From: Octopus sinensis
Lineage: Eukaryota
Direction: 5' to 3'
Length of the DNA stretch: 64,000 nt
Assembly (NCBI RefSeq): GCF_006345805.1
Contig: NC_043001.1
Span: 3,100,001-3,164,000 of the forward strand
Shown: positions 14,470-29,030 of the stretch, piece by piece
Layout: each line of letters begins with the position of its first letter
Position numbering within the stretch: position 1 is the first letter of the stretch
Notes under the pieces: model-generated
What the model was told of the DNA's origin: nothing
What the model saw: the letters and a program-made list of their open reading frames with translations, nothing else
The model's database searches: none
Translations under genes and position numbers: made by a program

Positions 14470-16965
14470 GAGAGAGAGAGATTGATAAATAGATATATAC
14501 ACACATGCACATACACACATATATATATATATACACATATGAATATATATATGTGTGTGTGTATTTTTATTCATGTATATGCATACATACACACATGCAT
14601 ACACAGATGCAACATCCCACATGCATGTATAGTTATATATAAATGTGTGCATGTTGATACACATGCATCCCTGTGTACACATAATCACATTTATATATTT
14701 ATATGCACATGTATATGCACATGTATGTACGTACAAGTAAAGCTGTCCATGTTTGTGTATTTTTACACATGAAAAATATCAATGCGTTTTAGTAGCAAGG
14801 TAGCAAAGCAAAGACAGTTTTAATGCAGCACCGTTCATTGGCAGTAAGCTTTGATATTTTGATTGGTGCCACAAAGTTTAATGGAGCTGTAATGCTGAAG
14901 AAATATCTCGCTGATCTAATAAAGTGTTTATTTCATCTGAAATATTATTATCACTGTGAAATATTTGACACAACGCACAAATCAGAACAGGATTAACTCA
15001 CTAAATTATTCTCTCAAACACACCATACAACTTACAGTCGGAATTTTGGTTTGATATTTTTTGGTTTTTGCTTCTTGTCTCCATGTAATTTCTGACTAAT
15101 ATGTGTGTGGGGATGAAAGAGAATGTACGTATATGTGTGTATATATGTGTATACATGTGTATGTGTGTGTTTATTTCTGTGTATTAGTGTGAATGTACAT
15201 GTATGCATTTCTGTGTCAATATGTGTTAATGTGCATGTTTATGTGTGTATATTTTATGTCAATATGTGTTTAAACGTGTGTGTGTGTGTTTTGAGTAGTG
15301 GATCTGTGTGTACATTTGACACAACGCATCTGTATGAATGCGGGCATGAAGTGTAAATTTGTGCATCCATTTACGTGTGTTTGTGTTAGTGCAAGTGAAA
15401 GGGTGTATCTGTGTGTGTATGTTTGTGGGTGTGTGAAATGGTGTGTAAAGATAGATGTGTGAATGAGTATCTGTAAGCAAATGTGTGTGCTAATGTAGAA
15501 AATTTACGAGAATGTGTATGTAGGTGTGTGTGAGTATGTGTATGTGTGCGTTAATGTTGGTGGAAATGGATATGTTCTTGTCAAACGTGCGAATGTCTGT
15601 GTTAACATGCACATTCTGTTATTGTGTAAAATAATGTTGGTGTGTTTGTGTGCATGTATATTGTTGACTATATGCTTGTATGAGTTGTATGTGTGTGTGT
15701 CAAAATAAGTGTGTATATTTCTCCATGTGTGAGTGTTTCTGTATGTTACTGTGTGTAGGTTTAGGTATATTTTAATATATTGAAAGTATATGAATGTATT
15801 TGTATCTGTGCACGTGTGGGCAGCATGTGTGTATGTGTGTGTGTGTGTGTGTGTGTTTATTTTAGCAAAAGCAAATAAATAGATATCTGAAATGTATATG
15901 TTAATGTCAGTGAATAAACGAACACATATGCATGGTTGTGTGCGTTCCTAGGCGTGAATATATATGTATGTGTATGTGTGTATGTATGTGTATGTGTGTA
16001 TGTATGTGTATGTGTTTGCATAAGTATGCGTTGATTGGACAAGGAAAAGTAGACAGAGAAAAATTAAAAGACACCAGATTACACTCATAAGATTTTAATG
16101 GAACTTTCCAGTTGAGGCTCTGCTCTTTACAAGCAAAGGTCGGAATCTCTGGCCGCTCACAGGCTTACAGGCTTACATAATAAAACATTATTGATTTGTA
16201 AAGTTGAAATATTGCATAAAATGTGAAAGGATGTTGTGGAATAGTGACATGTGTGTATCGTTGTTGAGAAGATTCATGGATTGTCACATGCTGGCAGCCC
16301 TAATGGAAAGTTTTATTCATTATATTATGGACTGACCCCTAACCCCATAAACCCTACCCCCTTCTCGCAGCTGCGATTGGATGTTACATAAATGGTTCTA
16401 ATGCTCAATGAGTAGCATTGTCAGGAATACCATCCATATTGGCATTGATCTGCTCTAATTGCTGTTGTTGTTGTTGTTGTTGCTGCTTAGGTGTGGGCCA
16501 GCTCCAATTGAGCAGTCCTATAATCAAACAAGGTGGTCATGGATTGGCCAAGTTGGTAGAGAATAGGACAGATTGTATTGCAGTATTCGTTCTGGATCCC
16601 TGCACTCTAAGTTCACTTCCTCCCAACATCAACTTTGCTCCTTTCATTCTTTTCGGGTCAATTGATAAAGTACCGCTCCAGTCCAGTTTGTCTTCCTCTG
16701 TCCATCTGTCTGTTTGTCTCTCTTACAATTTCTGGAAACAATCAGGTTTGGCAAAACCAATGAGAAACATGTGCTCCATCAGGTGTAAAGGAAAATATAC
16801 TCAGGGCACCATCTTTGGTATGATGATAACGCTACCATCAAAGGTTGAGGGCCCATCATACAACATAATCAAAGACATTCCAGAGAAGACCATTCCATCT
16901 TGCTCTCTTTCAAACTACAGCACATCTAAAACTATGTTATCCACTGCATTCTTTCTTTCATAAGA

Positions 16966-17365
16966 TTTTGTGTTGAGTCAAAAGTTTTGCAATATTTTGG
17001 TTAAGTTTTTTTCGTTATTTGTCAAGTTACAAAAAAAGCAGGCAGGCATTCAAAGGCCATCATGTTGCACCATCTGAAGCCACTTTCTGTCAGGTCTTTG
17101 ATCCCAATACTGATGCCAGTTCTTCTCCTTCGAAATGAAGAACTCCTTCACTGAAGTGTCCACCTCTTTTTTGGTAATGAAGCATCATGAGGGCACGAAG
17201 TGAGCTATGGATGGTAACGAGTAGCGAACAGGTAGAAAGGTTGCTTCAGGTGGTGTAACACGATGGCCTCTACTTTGAATGCCATGCTGCTTTTATTTTG
17301 GTAACTTGATGCATAAAGTAAACAAGTTACCAAAATATTGCGAAAACTTTTGACTCGACACAATA
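16966..17365 (-). mobile_element. Internally deleted mariner element retaining a transposase C-terminal remnant
   Basis: ~38-bp TIRs (TTGTGTTGAGTCAAAAGTTTTGCAATATTTTGGT / ACCAAAATATTGCGAAAACTTTTGACTCGACACAA); minus translation EVDTSVKEFFISKEKNWHQ..KWLQMVQHDGL resembles mariner C-termini. Confidence 0.8.
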
Positions 17366-19076
17366 GTAAGGTGAAATTTGGGGGCGATTTGGCTGTTATT
17401 ATGAGCGTCTGGAAAATCTAGATAGAAGTTTCATGCTTCCAATGACTCTGGCCCAATTATATTCATGAGATGCGGAATAATATTTCTTTATTAATTAAAA
17501 TTTTCTTTTCATTTGGACAGAAAAAAAAAAAACAGAAAATAGCTTGCAGCAGCTATTAACGACTTTCAAAGAAAAGGGGGAGAAATTTTGCAGAAATAAA
17601 GAATTAATCTCTCAGATTTAATTAACATTCTCAGAAACAAGTCTGATCTTTGTTTGCAAGGGGAAACAACAATTGGCATGTTGCATTCAATTATACATAT
17701 CTATGTGTGTGTGGTGTGTGTGTGTGCGTGCGTGTGTGTGTGTGTGCATGCGTGTGCATGTGTGCGTGCATGTTGTGTTTGTATCTTTGCATCTGCATTC
17801 GTTACTTTATTAAACTGCTTGACAACTGGTGTTGGTTTATTTACGTCCCCAAAATGTGTAGCAAATGAGACCTATACAGTAAATACCAGGCTAAAAAGCA
17901 AAATGCACTGTGGTTGAGTTGTTTGACTAAAAATTCTTCAGGGCAATACCCCAGCATGGCCACAGTCTTATGACTGAAATGATTAAGGAATAAAAGACAA
18001 GAGCTGTGATATCCCCTTTCCTTTCTTCATCACTCACAATTATTATTAGGCTTTTGATTTCTTTCCCTAACTAAGAGGCAAATTCCAATACAATCAACTA
18101 CATCTTACACTCCATTTTACATCCCCCTTTATCTGATTTTCAAGATGACCTCAGCATCTCTCCAGGTCAGACACTAAGGTTTGCATTTCTTGTTTCTTTG
18201 CAAATTGAAATTATTTTATTTACTGTTTATTATATTTTTGTTGTTGTGTCTTTTGTGGTAATTAATTTTTTACATTAGTTGTTATTTCTGTTGTTGAAAG
18301 AGCAGCACTATGATTGGTGTTGTTCCATTTATGACCATCCTGTCTGCTTAACGCTTTTTAAAAACACAATATCTAATGAGTCCTTTACTTAATTGCAGAC
18401 AGCAGGAAGTGGTTTGAGGGAGACTAGGCTATCATTTACAGTGGGTCAAACAAACTCAGACATGGTTTCTTATTGAACTTAGAAAAGAAACAAAACAAGA
18501 CATCTAATCTGACGTTCTTACAATTTTGCTAATCCTCTGACCCAGATTAGTCCTACTTTATAAAGCCTAAAAGGATAAAAGTCAAAGCTGAGTTTGCTGG
18601 GATTTGAACTCACAGGCAATATTAATGTGAGGCATTTGTCCTCTGTTCTAGCGACCCTGCCACTTCACCCGACCAATATCTCCGCACCACCTCCTGTGTT
18701 CCGTCCCATCTGCCTATAAAACAAAACTTCTTTCAACACTGATGGAATATTTCTTCATCAACAACAGAATCGAGTTTTAAATATTGATTTTCTCATTGTT
18801 TTTCCATTCAATGTCTGATTCTCGTTGCGTCTCTTTATCTCTTGGAGTAATTCAGTGATAAAGTGAAGCTCAGTAATTGAATGGTCGGCAGCAGCCATCA
18901 GCCACACAGCAAACATTTCAAAGAGGAGACTCTTCAACCATATACCACTCATCTATATATATGTGTGTGTGTGTATGTGTGTAAGCATGTCTGAATGCAC
19001 ACACACACACATATACATACATATATATATATATACATATACATGTATATATATATATACACATATATGTATGAAC

Positions 19077-19114
<38 letters not shown>

Positions 19115-19120
19115 ATGTAC

Positions 19121-19215
<95 letters not shown>

Positions 19216-19559
19216 CATATATATATACATATATGTATGAACATGAAAATATATATATATGTATATGTATGAGCATGTATATATATATACATATATGTAT
19301 GAACGTATATATATATATATATATATTATGTGTGTGTGTGTGAGTGCATGCGTGTATATGTGTGTGCTTGTGTTGTGCTTTTGTAGTTGTTAATCTTTTA
19401 ACCTACTTCTCGCAGGTGATATATTGTGTTATTGTTGTTGTTGTTGTTTACTTTTATGACCCAGTTTCACCTGACATGTTTTGGTGATTTAAATAAGTCT
19501 TGATTGAGATGTATGTTGTTTTGCATCCAGTAAACTAATGGCGAAGGTGATGCTGACAG

Positions 19560-19850
19560 TGCAAGATGATGACGACGACGACGACGTCGATGATGATAAA
19601 GATGATGATGATGATGATGGTGGCGATGATGGTGACGATGATGGGGACGATGATGGTGATGATGATGATGATGATGGTGACGATGATGAAGATGGTGATG
19701 CTGATGATGGTGGTGGTGGTGGTGACGATGATGATGAAGATGATGATGATGATGACGACGGCGACGACGATGATGAACATAATCTTCGTCATCGCAGTTG
19801 TTGCTGTCACCATTGCCATTGCCATCTTCATCATCATCATCATCATCATT
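19560..19850. repeat. Degenerate (GAT/GAC/GGT)n trinucleotide tract ending in a (CAT)n retroposon tail
   Basis: Visible; source of the poly-Asp/His/Met ORFs. Confidence 0.9.
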
Positions 19851-20000
19851 TAACATCCATTTTTCTATGCTGGCATGGGTTGGACAGTTTGACAGGAGCT
19901 GGCAAGCCAGGGAGCTGCACCAGATGTCATCTGTCTGTTTTGGCATGGTTTCTACACCCAGTTGCCCTTCCTAACACCAACCAATTTACAGAGTGTACGC
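19840..20000 (-). mobile_element. RTE-related retroposon 3' end
   Basis: (CAT)n-TTTAACATCC..CTATGCTGGCATGGGTTGGACAG..CCCTTCCTAACACCAACC. Confidence 0.7.
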
Positions 20001-20163
20001 AGGTGTAAGCTGCTTGCAAGACAAAGACCTCTCACCTGAGAGAGGAACTGCAGTAAAGAAAAGTGTGTGAAGTGAGAGGTTAGAGTATGATAAAGGGACA
20101 GAGATAATTGTCTTAGAGAAGATACTTGGCTACCTCAGAAGGACAAGAAAGGAGACCGAGAGT

Positions 20164-20195
<32 letters not shown>

Positions 20196-20281
20196 CCATC
20201 ATCACCATCATCATTATCAGCAGCAGCAGCACCACCACCGTCATCTCAGAGTGAGAGAGAGAGAAAATTAGATGGTGTTGG

Positions 20282-20595
20282 AGAATGGCAGACTGGTTCT
20301 AAAAATTTTGGTTGCCAGGAGACTAAGGGGGCCAACCCCCAACTACAAGGGGGTCCACCCATAACTACGATGGTATCATTTAATTTTTTTCTTTGTTAAA
20401 AGTATTCTTTTCAACTGTCTTCAAACACAGCCCCAGGCTGAAATAATTAATACATTCTTCCAGGAGTGGATAAAAATTCTCAAACTTTAGGAGATGGGCC
20501 CCTTAGATACTAACATGGGCCTCCATATATGGATTCTAATGGTGCAGGAGCCCGCTTGCCATCGGTCAAGCTGACAACCTGGCCAGTCCACCACT
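20282..20595. mobile_element. Possible hAT-like MITE
   Basis: Imperfect TIRs GAATGGCAGACTGG ... CCAGTCCACCACTG; no clear target duplication. Confidence 0.3.
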
Positions 20596-20944
20596 GGTGT
20601 CGGAAATGCATTGGGACCCAACTACATCGATGGACCCTACATTGCTTTAAAGAGAATACAGTGAAATTTGAGGGAGCATTAGTTGTTATTTCTAGTGACT
20701 ATATAGGGACTGTATTTCATATTGATTACAATAAAGTAATGCTGTCTCCCGCTCCATCTCTAGCAGAACAGTATTGATGAAACTTGGAATCAGGTGGATG
20801 CTGGTTCCAATAATGACACTGAAGATGTGGTAAAACCTTATCCGGGTCTTTGATGTGATTGTGATTATGTATGTTCGTGTGTGCATGCATGCATGTATAT
20901 ATGTGTGTATGTATGATGTGTGTGTGTGTGTGTGTGTGTACCTG

Positions 20945-21110
20945 ACATGAGGATGATAGAAAAATGGAACACCTTCCAGTTATAGAGGAGATGGCATTTG
21001 AACCAATTCTAAATGACATTCATTTAGCTGCGAATAAGCTGAATAAAAGTAAGTCTCCAGGGTCTGATGGAATCTGTGCAGAAGTCTTGAAATATGGGGT
21101 TGACAAAATG
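20945..21110 (+). mobile_element. LINE ORF2 linker remnant (RTE-like)
   Basis: EPILNDIHLAANKLNKSKSPGSDGICAEVLKYG matches the K.PG.DG motif preceding non-LTR RT domains. Confidence 0.7.
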
Positions 21111-21824
21111 TTTGAAGAATATTATTGGCAAGTCAAAGATGCCATCAGTAGATGTGGTTTTTACTCAATGTGGGTCAAGTTTCATGTTGCAAAGACGCAG
21201 GCACTTTTCATACAGCAAATCTAAGAAGCATTGCCAGAAGTCTTGGACACATTCACAATACCAGAAAATGTGTGACACCGTCTCCACCTCACGTTGACAA
21301 AAAGGGCACAGGTTGCTTTCGGCCAGGTTAATCTTGAATAATAGAGAATTAGTTGCTAAGATATTGTGTATAATTCTAAACTGGAACCATCGTAACTTAG
21401 TATCTGTTGTTGTCTTTTATTGACTCTGACATTATTTTTGTTGGGTTTATCATTCTAAGTATCATCTCTCGTTTGGGGACCAACCATTTATTGATGATCG
21501 CCCTGCTTTGATTGTAGCTCTTAACGGATGGCCTACCTGGTAGTGAGGAAAGCACCTAAGACAACTGGGGTCTTTGAAATGCTAAATTGCTGCATTATTT
21601 GTCTTTGATGCTGTTGTGGTGGTTGTTGGTGTAGTTTGTTGTTGTCAGCTGATATGAAATGACTGAAAATGTATTTCTTGCGTCGCACGAAGTAATGGAA
21701 CGACACCCTCAAACAATTGACTCAAGGCACAAAGATTTTTAAGCGTTCAGGTCTTTTCTAAATGTCAACAGCAATAACTACGTCCTGGAAGAGACATATC
21801 GCTTGGAGTTGATGACAAACTCAC

Positions 21825-21980
21825 TCGTATCACAATCTGTATCATAACTGGAAAATAATTGTGCTATATTCATGGCGACAACAATTCCTATTTCTTCTAT
21901 GTCATCTGTCTTAATTAGCTGGATGGGATGATGAGAATGCAGACTGCCTCCACATTCTGCAATAGCTACCAAAAACCGCT
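21825..21980 (-). CDS. Candidate exon (156 nt, phase 1-1; RFLVAIAECGGSLHSHHPIQLIKTDDIEEIGIVVAMNIAQLFSSYDTDCDT)
   Basis: Acceptor TTTTCCTTATGCTCTATAAAAG, donor CGA|GTGAGT, 51 open codons of ordinary composition. Confidence 0.4.
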
Positions 21981-23752
21981 CTTTTATAGAGCATAAGGAA
22001 AATATCTTAGAAAATCATATCATACAATGGTTTGATGTTGATATATTGCTTAATAAACGGATCAGGTGAAACTATATTGGTTTGATCGTGATGTGAGACT
22101 AGTTACCTAGCAGTTTGGTTTCAAATCCCTGCTGCGGTGTAACTGATTAAAAAGAAATGTTAGTTGAGTTCTGGTACTACCCACCCCATTAATCACGTTT
22201 TTCTATCTTTGTTTATCATTTAGTCAGGAGGGAAAGGGCTTCCAAGATGAGTGGGGCTGTGGTATGTATCCTAAAATAAGAAACCTAGTCCAGAATATTT
22301 GCTACAAACTTACTTTGGCTAAGGGCACCCAAGAACAAAGCGGTGGCATGAAACCAAGCAACGAATTTTGTTTGCTATTCACTTGGGTGACAAAATATAG
22401 GAGTTGCAGTTATTTGCCACTTCTATATTCTGGTGTATAATTTCTTCTCTTGTTTCGAAATGTAGAGAATATAACTTAGAGAAATGTTCTCAGAGCCTGA
22501 CGTCTCCAGTTTGGCTTATTTTGAGGTGGGAATAGTTTCTGCAATATTCCCATTTCGTAGATAAGACATGAGTCATTAAGAGACAATAGTTGTGAACAGT
22601 GTGTCTTACCAGCTTGAAATCACAGGTTTTCTGTGTCAGCATCATTGCTGAATGTCCAAAACTATGGCCATCGAGTCTTTTCTTTCAATAACTTGCTTAT
22701 AATAGTTTCAGTTTTTGGCACAAGATCCATAATTTAAGGTGAGGAGGAAAATCGATTACATCAACTACAGTATTAAACTGGTACTTATTTTATCAACCCC
22801 AGAGGGATGGAAGGCGAAGTCGACCTTGGCAGTATTTGAACACGGAATGTAAAGATGGACGAAATACCGCTAAGCATTTTGCCTGGCGTGTGAATGATTC
22901 TGTCAACTCACCGGCCTATAACTTGCTTATTTCATGAATCTTCAGGTTACCCCTTAGGTTATGTTTAACGCGAGAGAATGGAAACTACCTAGAAACGAAA
23001 GTTTAATCTGATAGAAGACAATACTACTTTACTGTTTGTTCCATGATAAATCTACTCAGTACCTTCTGTAATGTGGTTGATGTTAGGAAGAACATCAAAT
23101 CGTATGAACCATGACAAAAACAGAAATACGAATGAGCGAAAGATGTCCGACAGGCCCAGGAAAGTAGTGACGCTAAATATGAAACAACCTTGACTGCGAC
23201 GACCCATCAAAATTTTGCCAGAGTGTTGTGGAGTAAATTGTTAAATATTTTTTCATAAACAAAAGTGTAACCACAAACTGTTATAAAATATTCCTTTACT
23301 AGTAGACAGCAGTCCTTATTTTCATTTTCTCTGAAATTTTCGAAGTACCGTGAAAATCTGAGGTAAAGTCCGAAATTGATAACTTTCTTAATACGAATGG
23401 ATCATTGGTTAAGTGTATATGCATGCTGATAGAAGCATGGTTCATCTGAACGCATATACAGAGATTTGCACGATGTTTATGCTTGAAATAAACAGAGATT
23501 AGCGCATATACTACGGTTTCAATAGATCTGTACTTTAGTTGACGTATCAATAGATTTTAAATTAGTTTTTGAACGGTTGCTGGTGGCAAAAGCTTTTCCC
23601 ACAGAATAAGGAGTGTAAATTCATGGAGCTTACTATCATCTTACAGGTATAAGTTCTTTTTGAAATTTTAGAGATAAGGTAAAGTAGTTTGCCTTTTCAA
23701 TTTCGGATTAGAATAAACTGTTGGATGTTGTGTTACTTCTCAGTAAGACCTA

Positions 23753-23971
23753 CGATGGGGTGCTGAAAAGTTCCTTGTTTTGGATAAAAGAAAATACAGA
23801 AGGATCAGTTAATTATGATTTTATCAAACATATTCCCCTCTCAGATTCACACACTTATTGCAAGTGTACTTCAGTTTTTCTAAGCCCTGTAAAAGAACCC
23901 GGAATGCCGGGACTCCAACCAGGCCTTTCGTGATACACTTAAAGCCAGTAACTTTACAACCCCACCCCTTC
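23753..23971. mobile_element. Mariner-derived MITE
   Basis: TA|CGATGGGGTGCTGAAAAGTTCC at left, degenerate inverse GTAACTTTACAACCCACCCCTTCG at right. Confidence 0.6.
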
Positions 23972-25019
23972 GTTATTTGCATCATCAATCTGTAAACGCC
24001 TGTGTTCTAGCTAGCAACCCTCACGCCTTATTGAAGGTCTCTGCTTTGTCGCTCAGATTTTAAATATGCCGTGAAAGTACCGTGACATATTCCAGATGGC
24101 AGTGGTAGAATGAATTGTAGCATCGCAGACAACTTTTGAAAGATTGCTTTGTGAATCACGCATCGCTTGTCGATGTGTTATTGGTGGAGACGCTGGTAAA
24201 GCATATAATACTTTTTCAAGCCATTTGCCCTTTCGAGGGAGGAGTAAAAGTATATTTTAGCAGGCCCTCGTCGGCTTTCTTTGCTCTAAACTTGTTTGCT
24301 TTATAATTGCATTGTGGATCTTATTGGCATTAAACATAATTTTCGTACAACTGTAGCTAACTCTTGGGTTGTTCTTGTTGAGAGATTAGCAGGATGAATG
24401 GTAGCTCAGGAAATACTTTCTGAATCGGTAAAGGAAAAGTTCTTCGACGCTCGTTTCTATACCTTTTGCAGAGTTTCCATGAAACGATTCCGAACTGCTT
24501 TAGCAATCACGGTCTGAAAGTTGACAAAATGTAGATAAACGGTGTCCTGAACGGTACCCAATGTATTAACAACTACAGATCACGGAGGAACGAATCGACG
24601 AGCTTCTATAAAGTCAATGGAAAGCAAGCTGTATGTAAAAAATGGATTTTGCATATGGTAACCGATAAATTGTTCCATGGTCTCGTTCGATCAGTAATGT
24701 GAATTTTGAAATATGTTTAGCAATTTCATTCGCGAAATTCATCTACAAATATGTATATTCAAAGGTCCTGAGAGAATTGCTGTTGAATTACAAAGTTCAG
24801 CAGAATTAAAACAAGAGCATTTTCGAAGTAATGAACTTCCCTGCTAAATTGGTTATCGAACAGCAACACACCACTTTCACGTTGATTTAGATTTCCCATA
24901 AATTTCGAACTTCCTTCCTTTGAGCAATTTAACTCTTCACTGTAGAAATAAACAATATCAGGCTTGAAGAATATTTGTCGAACGAATCGACCCCTGTGCA
25001 TTCTTTAAAGCCTAGTACT

Positions 25020-25295
25020 AATTTCTATCGGCCTCTTTTGTCGAACTGCTTAGTTACGGGGACGTAACCACACCAACACCAGTTGTCAAGCGGTGGTGAG
25101 GGCAAACACACCGACAAGCAAACACGCACACATACGAGGGGCTTTTTTCAGTTTTCGTCTACCAAATCAACCCAGAAAGCTTTGCTTGGCTAGGGCTTTA
25201 GAAGAAGACACTTACCCAAAGTGCCACGGAGTAGGATTGAATCCGGAACCCTAATGTTGGGAAGGAAAAGTCTTACCCCACAACCACTTCTGCAC
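25020..25295 (-). mobile_element. Family B CORE-like SINE
   Basis: Same arms as 11375-11765. Confidence 0.75.
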
Positions 25296-25603
25296 CTTTA
25301 ACATTTAAGAACAATAAAACAAGTCAGCGATACACTTTGGAACGAAATCCCAAGATTACCCTCCTTCAATGGTTTTCTGTAGAACACACAAAGTAATCTG
25401 CTACAATTATATTGTGCTTCACGTTTCCATTTCCAAGATTTCGCTCTAATCGACAAGTAGTAAACCACATTTCTAAAATTCATATAAGGAAACTTAATTT
25501 TTTATTTATCCAGACACATTCTTCGTCATAGCAACTCCCCCAGTTTCAGACTGAATATCATGGAAATAAAATTTGGCTAGTCTCATGGTATTTGATGCGG
25601 CTG

Positions 25604-25836
25604 CAGGCGGCGAACTGGCAGAATCGTTAGCACGCCGGGCGAAATGCTCAGCAGTATTTCGTCTGTCGTTACGTTCTGGGTTCAAATTCCACTGAGGTCG
25701 ACTTTGCCTTTCATCCTTTCGGGGTCAATTAAATAAGTACCAGTTACGCACTGGGGTCGATATAATCGACTTAATCCGTTTGTCTCTCCTTGTTTGTCCT
25801 CTCTGTGTTTAGCCCCTTGTGGGTAGTAAAGAAATA
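25604..25836 (+). mobile_element. Family A SINE with perfect 17-bp target duplication
   Basis: GGTATTTGATGCGGCTG at 25587-25603 and 25837-25853. Confidence 0.9.
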
Positions 25837-25890
25837 GGTATTTGATGCGGCTGAAGTTTTACAGCAGTTTGTCGCCACTTTGGGTTAATA

Positions 25891-25937
<47 letters not shown>

Positions 25938-28900
25938 AGGAACAGGTCTAGCTTCCGTTAGCAGAGAACAATATCCACCAAGCTTTGCAACAGTTTTTAT
26001 ACAACATCGAATGGAATATGGAAGCTCAACATATCAACTAGAACGGCCATTCGACTGGTCACTTTGTATTTGGTCCGTCAAGTCTTGATTATATTCCACC
26101 CTTAGTTTCCGTTGATTCTTCCCAACCATTTGCAACGGTTATTCAACTTTGCGTTTGTCCCTGTCCTCTGCTGATAGTCTTCTGCCCATCTGTAACATCT
26201 CGAAATCATTGATTCGATGCAGCAGCATCGTGTATGCATAAATGTTTTGTTATTATTCACATCTATGGGCGTTGTTATCTCTCTTCTTCGAAACAAAAGA
26301 ACAAAGAACTACGAAAGATAAACCTGATTCGGTTGGCCAATTCACTGTAAATCTCGATCATATTTACATAAAACAATGTTACAATGTCCACTGCTACTTT
26401 CGGTTATTACTGGCAGAACGATTGCTAAATGAAAAGCTGTAGATCCTAATTTCTCGTAGTACCTGAACCAATGACCGAATTGAAATGTTGTCACAGTTGC
26501 TATCTAAAAGAATACGAGTGTGTGTAAATGTTCAACAAGTCACTTTGTTCGAACAAATAGATGTAAGGGTCTATGCCTTCAAATGTGACACAAAGTGCAT
26601 TCGGCGGGTAGTTGGAATGTCAATATTATTGACTTAAATTTAGGCAATTCAGCCCATTTGATGAAAAGCAGTCAATGAACCAGTTGAGAGATGGTAGTCC
26701 ACAGCATCCAGACTTCCTCAACACACCTGTGTGACATTAGCTCATATCTTCCAGGGAAACTTAATGTTGTGTTGTGGTTCTGATATTTTAACGAAATTCA
26801 AAGCTGACAAAGTGGAATTCATACTGGAGACAGATTGAATCTTGTATTTGTACAACGAAGTGAAAACTGGGTTTTATATAATTCAGACAATTTCACACTC
26901 TTCTACATACGTAAATTTAACGCCCAGAGCAAATCAGATTAAAAGGTATTGCTGGTGCATGTCCACTTCCTGAAAATCCTCTTTAGAATAACTCACACGT
27001 TTCTTTGATTCCTCATCTTTATCATGAAAGCGTCAGAGATGGCAAAAAGATAATCTCTCACCTTTTCAAGAACACATCTGTTCCTTCGCTTTACGTGCAT
27101 TTCTTCCAAACTGAGCCATTAAATTGGCATTATTTGATATTCATTTCGTGCAGCCGTGTATTTATTAGCACACACCAATAATTGTCACCTGGCATTGTTT
27201 GGTCTTCAAGTATTCAATACAAAGACGTCTTCAGCAGTAATCGTCAATTATTTTCCTTCAAACAATTGCAAGAATCCCCATCTCTTTCTTCTTTTTGCCT
27301 TCTTCTGCTTTTTACAAAAGTGTCTTTGTCTTTTTCTTTCGGACAGTATGTTTTTCTTTACAATAAGTCTCTTTTATCCATAAAATATTCGTATAGAAAA
27401 GAGAAACCAATCTGGATCGGCGCTGCAGTGTGTAGCAAAGGTCAATTATAAGCAGTTCGCAAAGTGTTGTCGGAGAAACAAAGCTGTCCAGCCATCTGCG
27501 ATGGTGTAAATATTAACACATAAGAGAAGCATGAGCACTCACCATAAAAAGTCCCCAGACAGATGGGAAGCGGTGTGAAGAAGGGATGAAGAATTTTCAG
27601 TCGTAACTGAGGTAGTTTTGCAGGAAATTAAATAAAACCAAATAAAATGAAATAATTCGTCAGAGGGTTTCTATGAGATGTATTTATGGAGCAATATAAC
27701 ATCTCTACGAAAACAAGCCCACCTCTCCTTCATTCAGTGGTATGAAATAAAATGGAAGTATTTGACATCTTTGTATGAAAGTGTATAATCTGATTTTTAC
27801 GACTTCTCAGCACATTTCCTCCCCAAACTATTTTTGAAATTTCAGATCAGAACGTGACACACACACATAAACTCACACAATGTTATTTTAGGGTTACAAA
27901 TCCTCTTGGTGCGCCTCGTTTTATTTTGTATAGATTACATGGGATGCGAGCCCCGAGGTTCAGATCTAAACAGATATTCGCATTTGTATGAATGAAAGAA
28001 TGTGTAAATACTAAACACAACTGTGCACGTTTTCTCTTTTCGTTTTTAATTTCTGTTTGTCCATGTGAAACTAAATTCAGAATCATCTGGTTGTTGTTGT
28101 TGGCGTTTTGTCCCTAAACTCAATAGTATTGGAACGAATCTTTGCTCATTGACATTCAAATCAAAAGTTGTGATTTGTATACGTAGGACCTCATTGCCCA
28201 ATGCATCTTTCTCTATTAAAACCGTGTGAGTTGATGGCGATTTAGCTGCAAGCTTTTTCAAGTCGTGTATATCCTTTTCTCTGGTTTTGCGCATCGGGCA
28301 GCCTTTTGCGTCGGAGTTTTCAACATCCTATTTCGGTGTGTAAAGCTTGATTCAACTGAGTGATTCATGTTTCACTTTATAAACTCTCCACAGTTTCGTG
28401 TTTTCTAAAATCTATTAAATCTTTTTAGATTTTCGTTTTTGTTTCACTTAATACCCTAAACTTCAGTCCTCTGCTTCCCGAAGATCGGGCCTTCCGTGGG
28501 GACTGAAAAAGGGGAACGATTTACAAACTTAAATAAAATCGAGATATTAATTAAGGATACACCATAGAGCGATGATTAAAATAAAGCTGTGTACATGATT
28601 ATTCAATAGGTTCGTGGACATGCAGACGGGAAAAGCATCACTTCAATGAATGTCACGGAAGAGAAATTCTCTTTACAAATAATGTGTATAGAAGCACAGT
28701 GACTGGGGTTATGAATGGCCCCATCCAACTGAGGAGCATAGGCATATGTGGTTACCCTTCATCAGATACAAGGACCAAATTCGTCGTCCATAGCCCATTA
28801 AGAATTGTCGTTCTTATATGCAAATAACTTTCCTGGCGTATACAAAGCTTTGCAAAGCTCAAATTAATTAAAGGAATGCACACTAAGCAGTGACCATTAA

Positions 28901-28980
28901 AGGTGTGTATATATCCTCTTCCAAAGTAGTTACTGCAGCGACGGCCTTTCCATGTTTCAGTGTTAATGGGTGCACAAAGG

Positions 28981-29030
<50 letters not shown>

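Noticed and set aside
16418-16963. 181-aa ORF
   Set aside because: Runs through a (GTT)n tract and a SINE fragment; composite and non-coding.
18758-18952. 64-aa [25 protein letters not shown]..
   Set aside because: Short, starts right at a microsatellite edge, has no good donor and no homology that I recognise.
19467-20008. Poly-His/poly-Asp ORFs (also 49.5-50 and 60.2-60.6 kb)
   Set aside because: Degenerate trinucleotide tracts adjoining retroposon (GAT)n tails; no splice or coding context.
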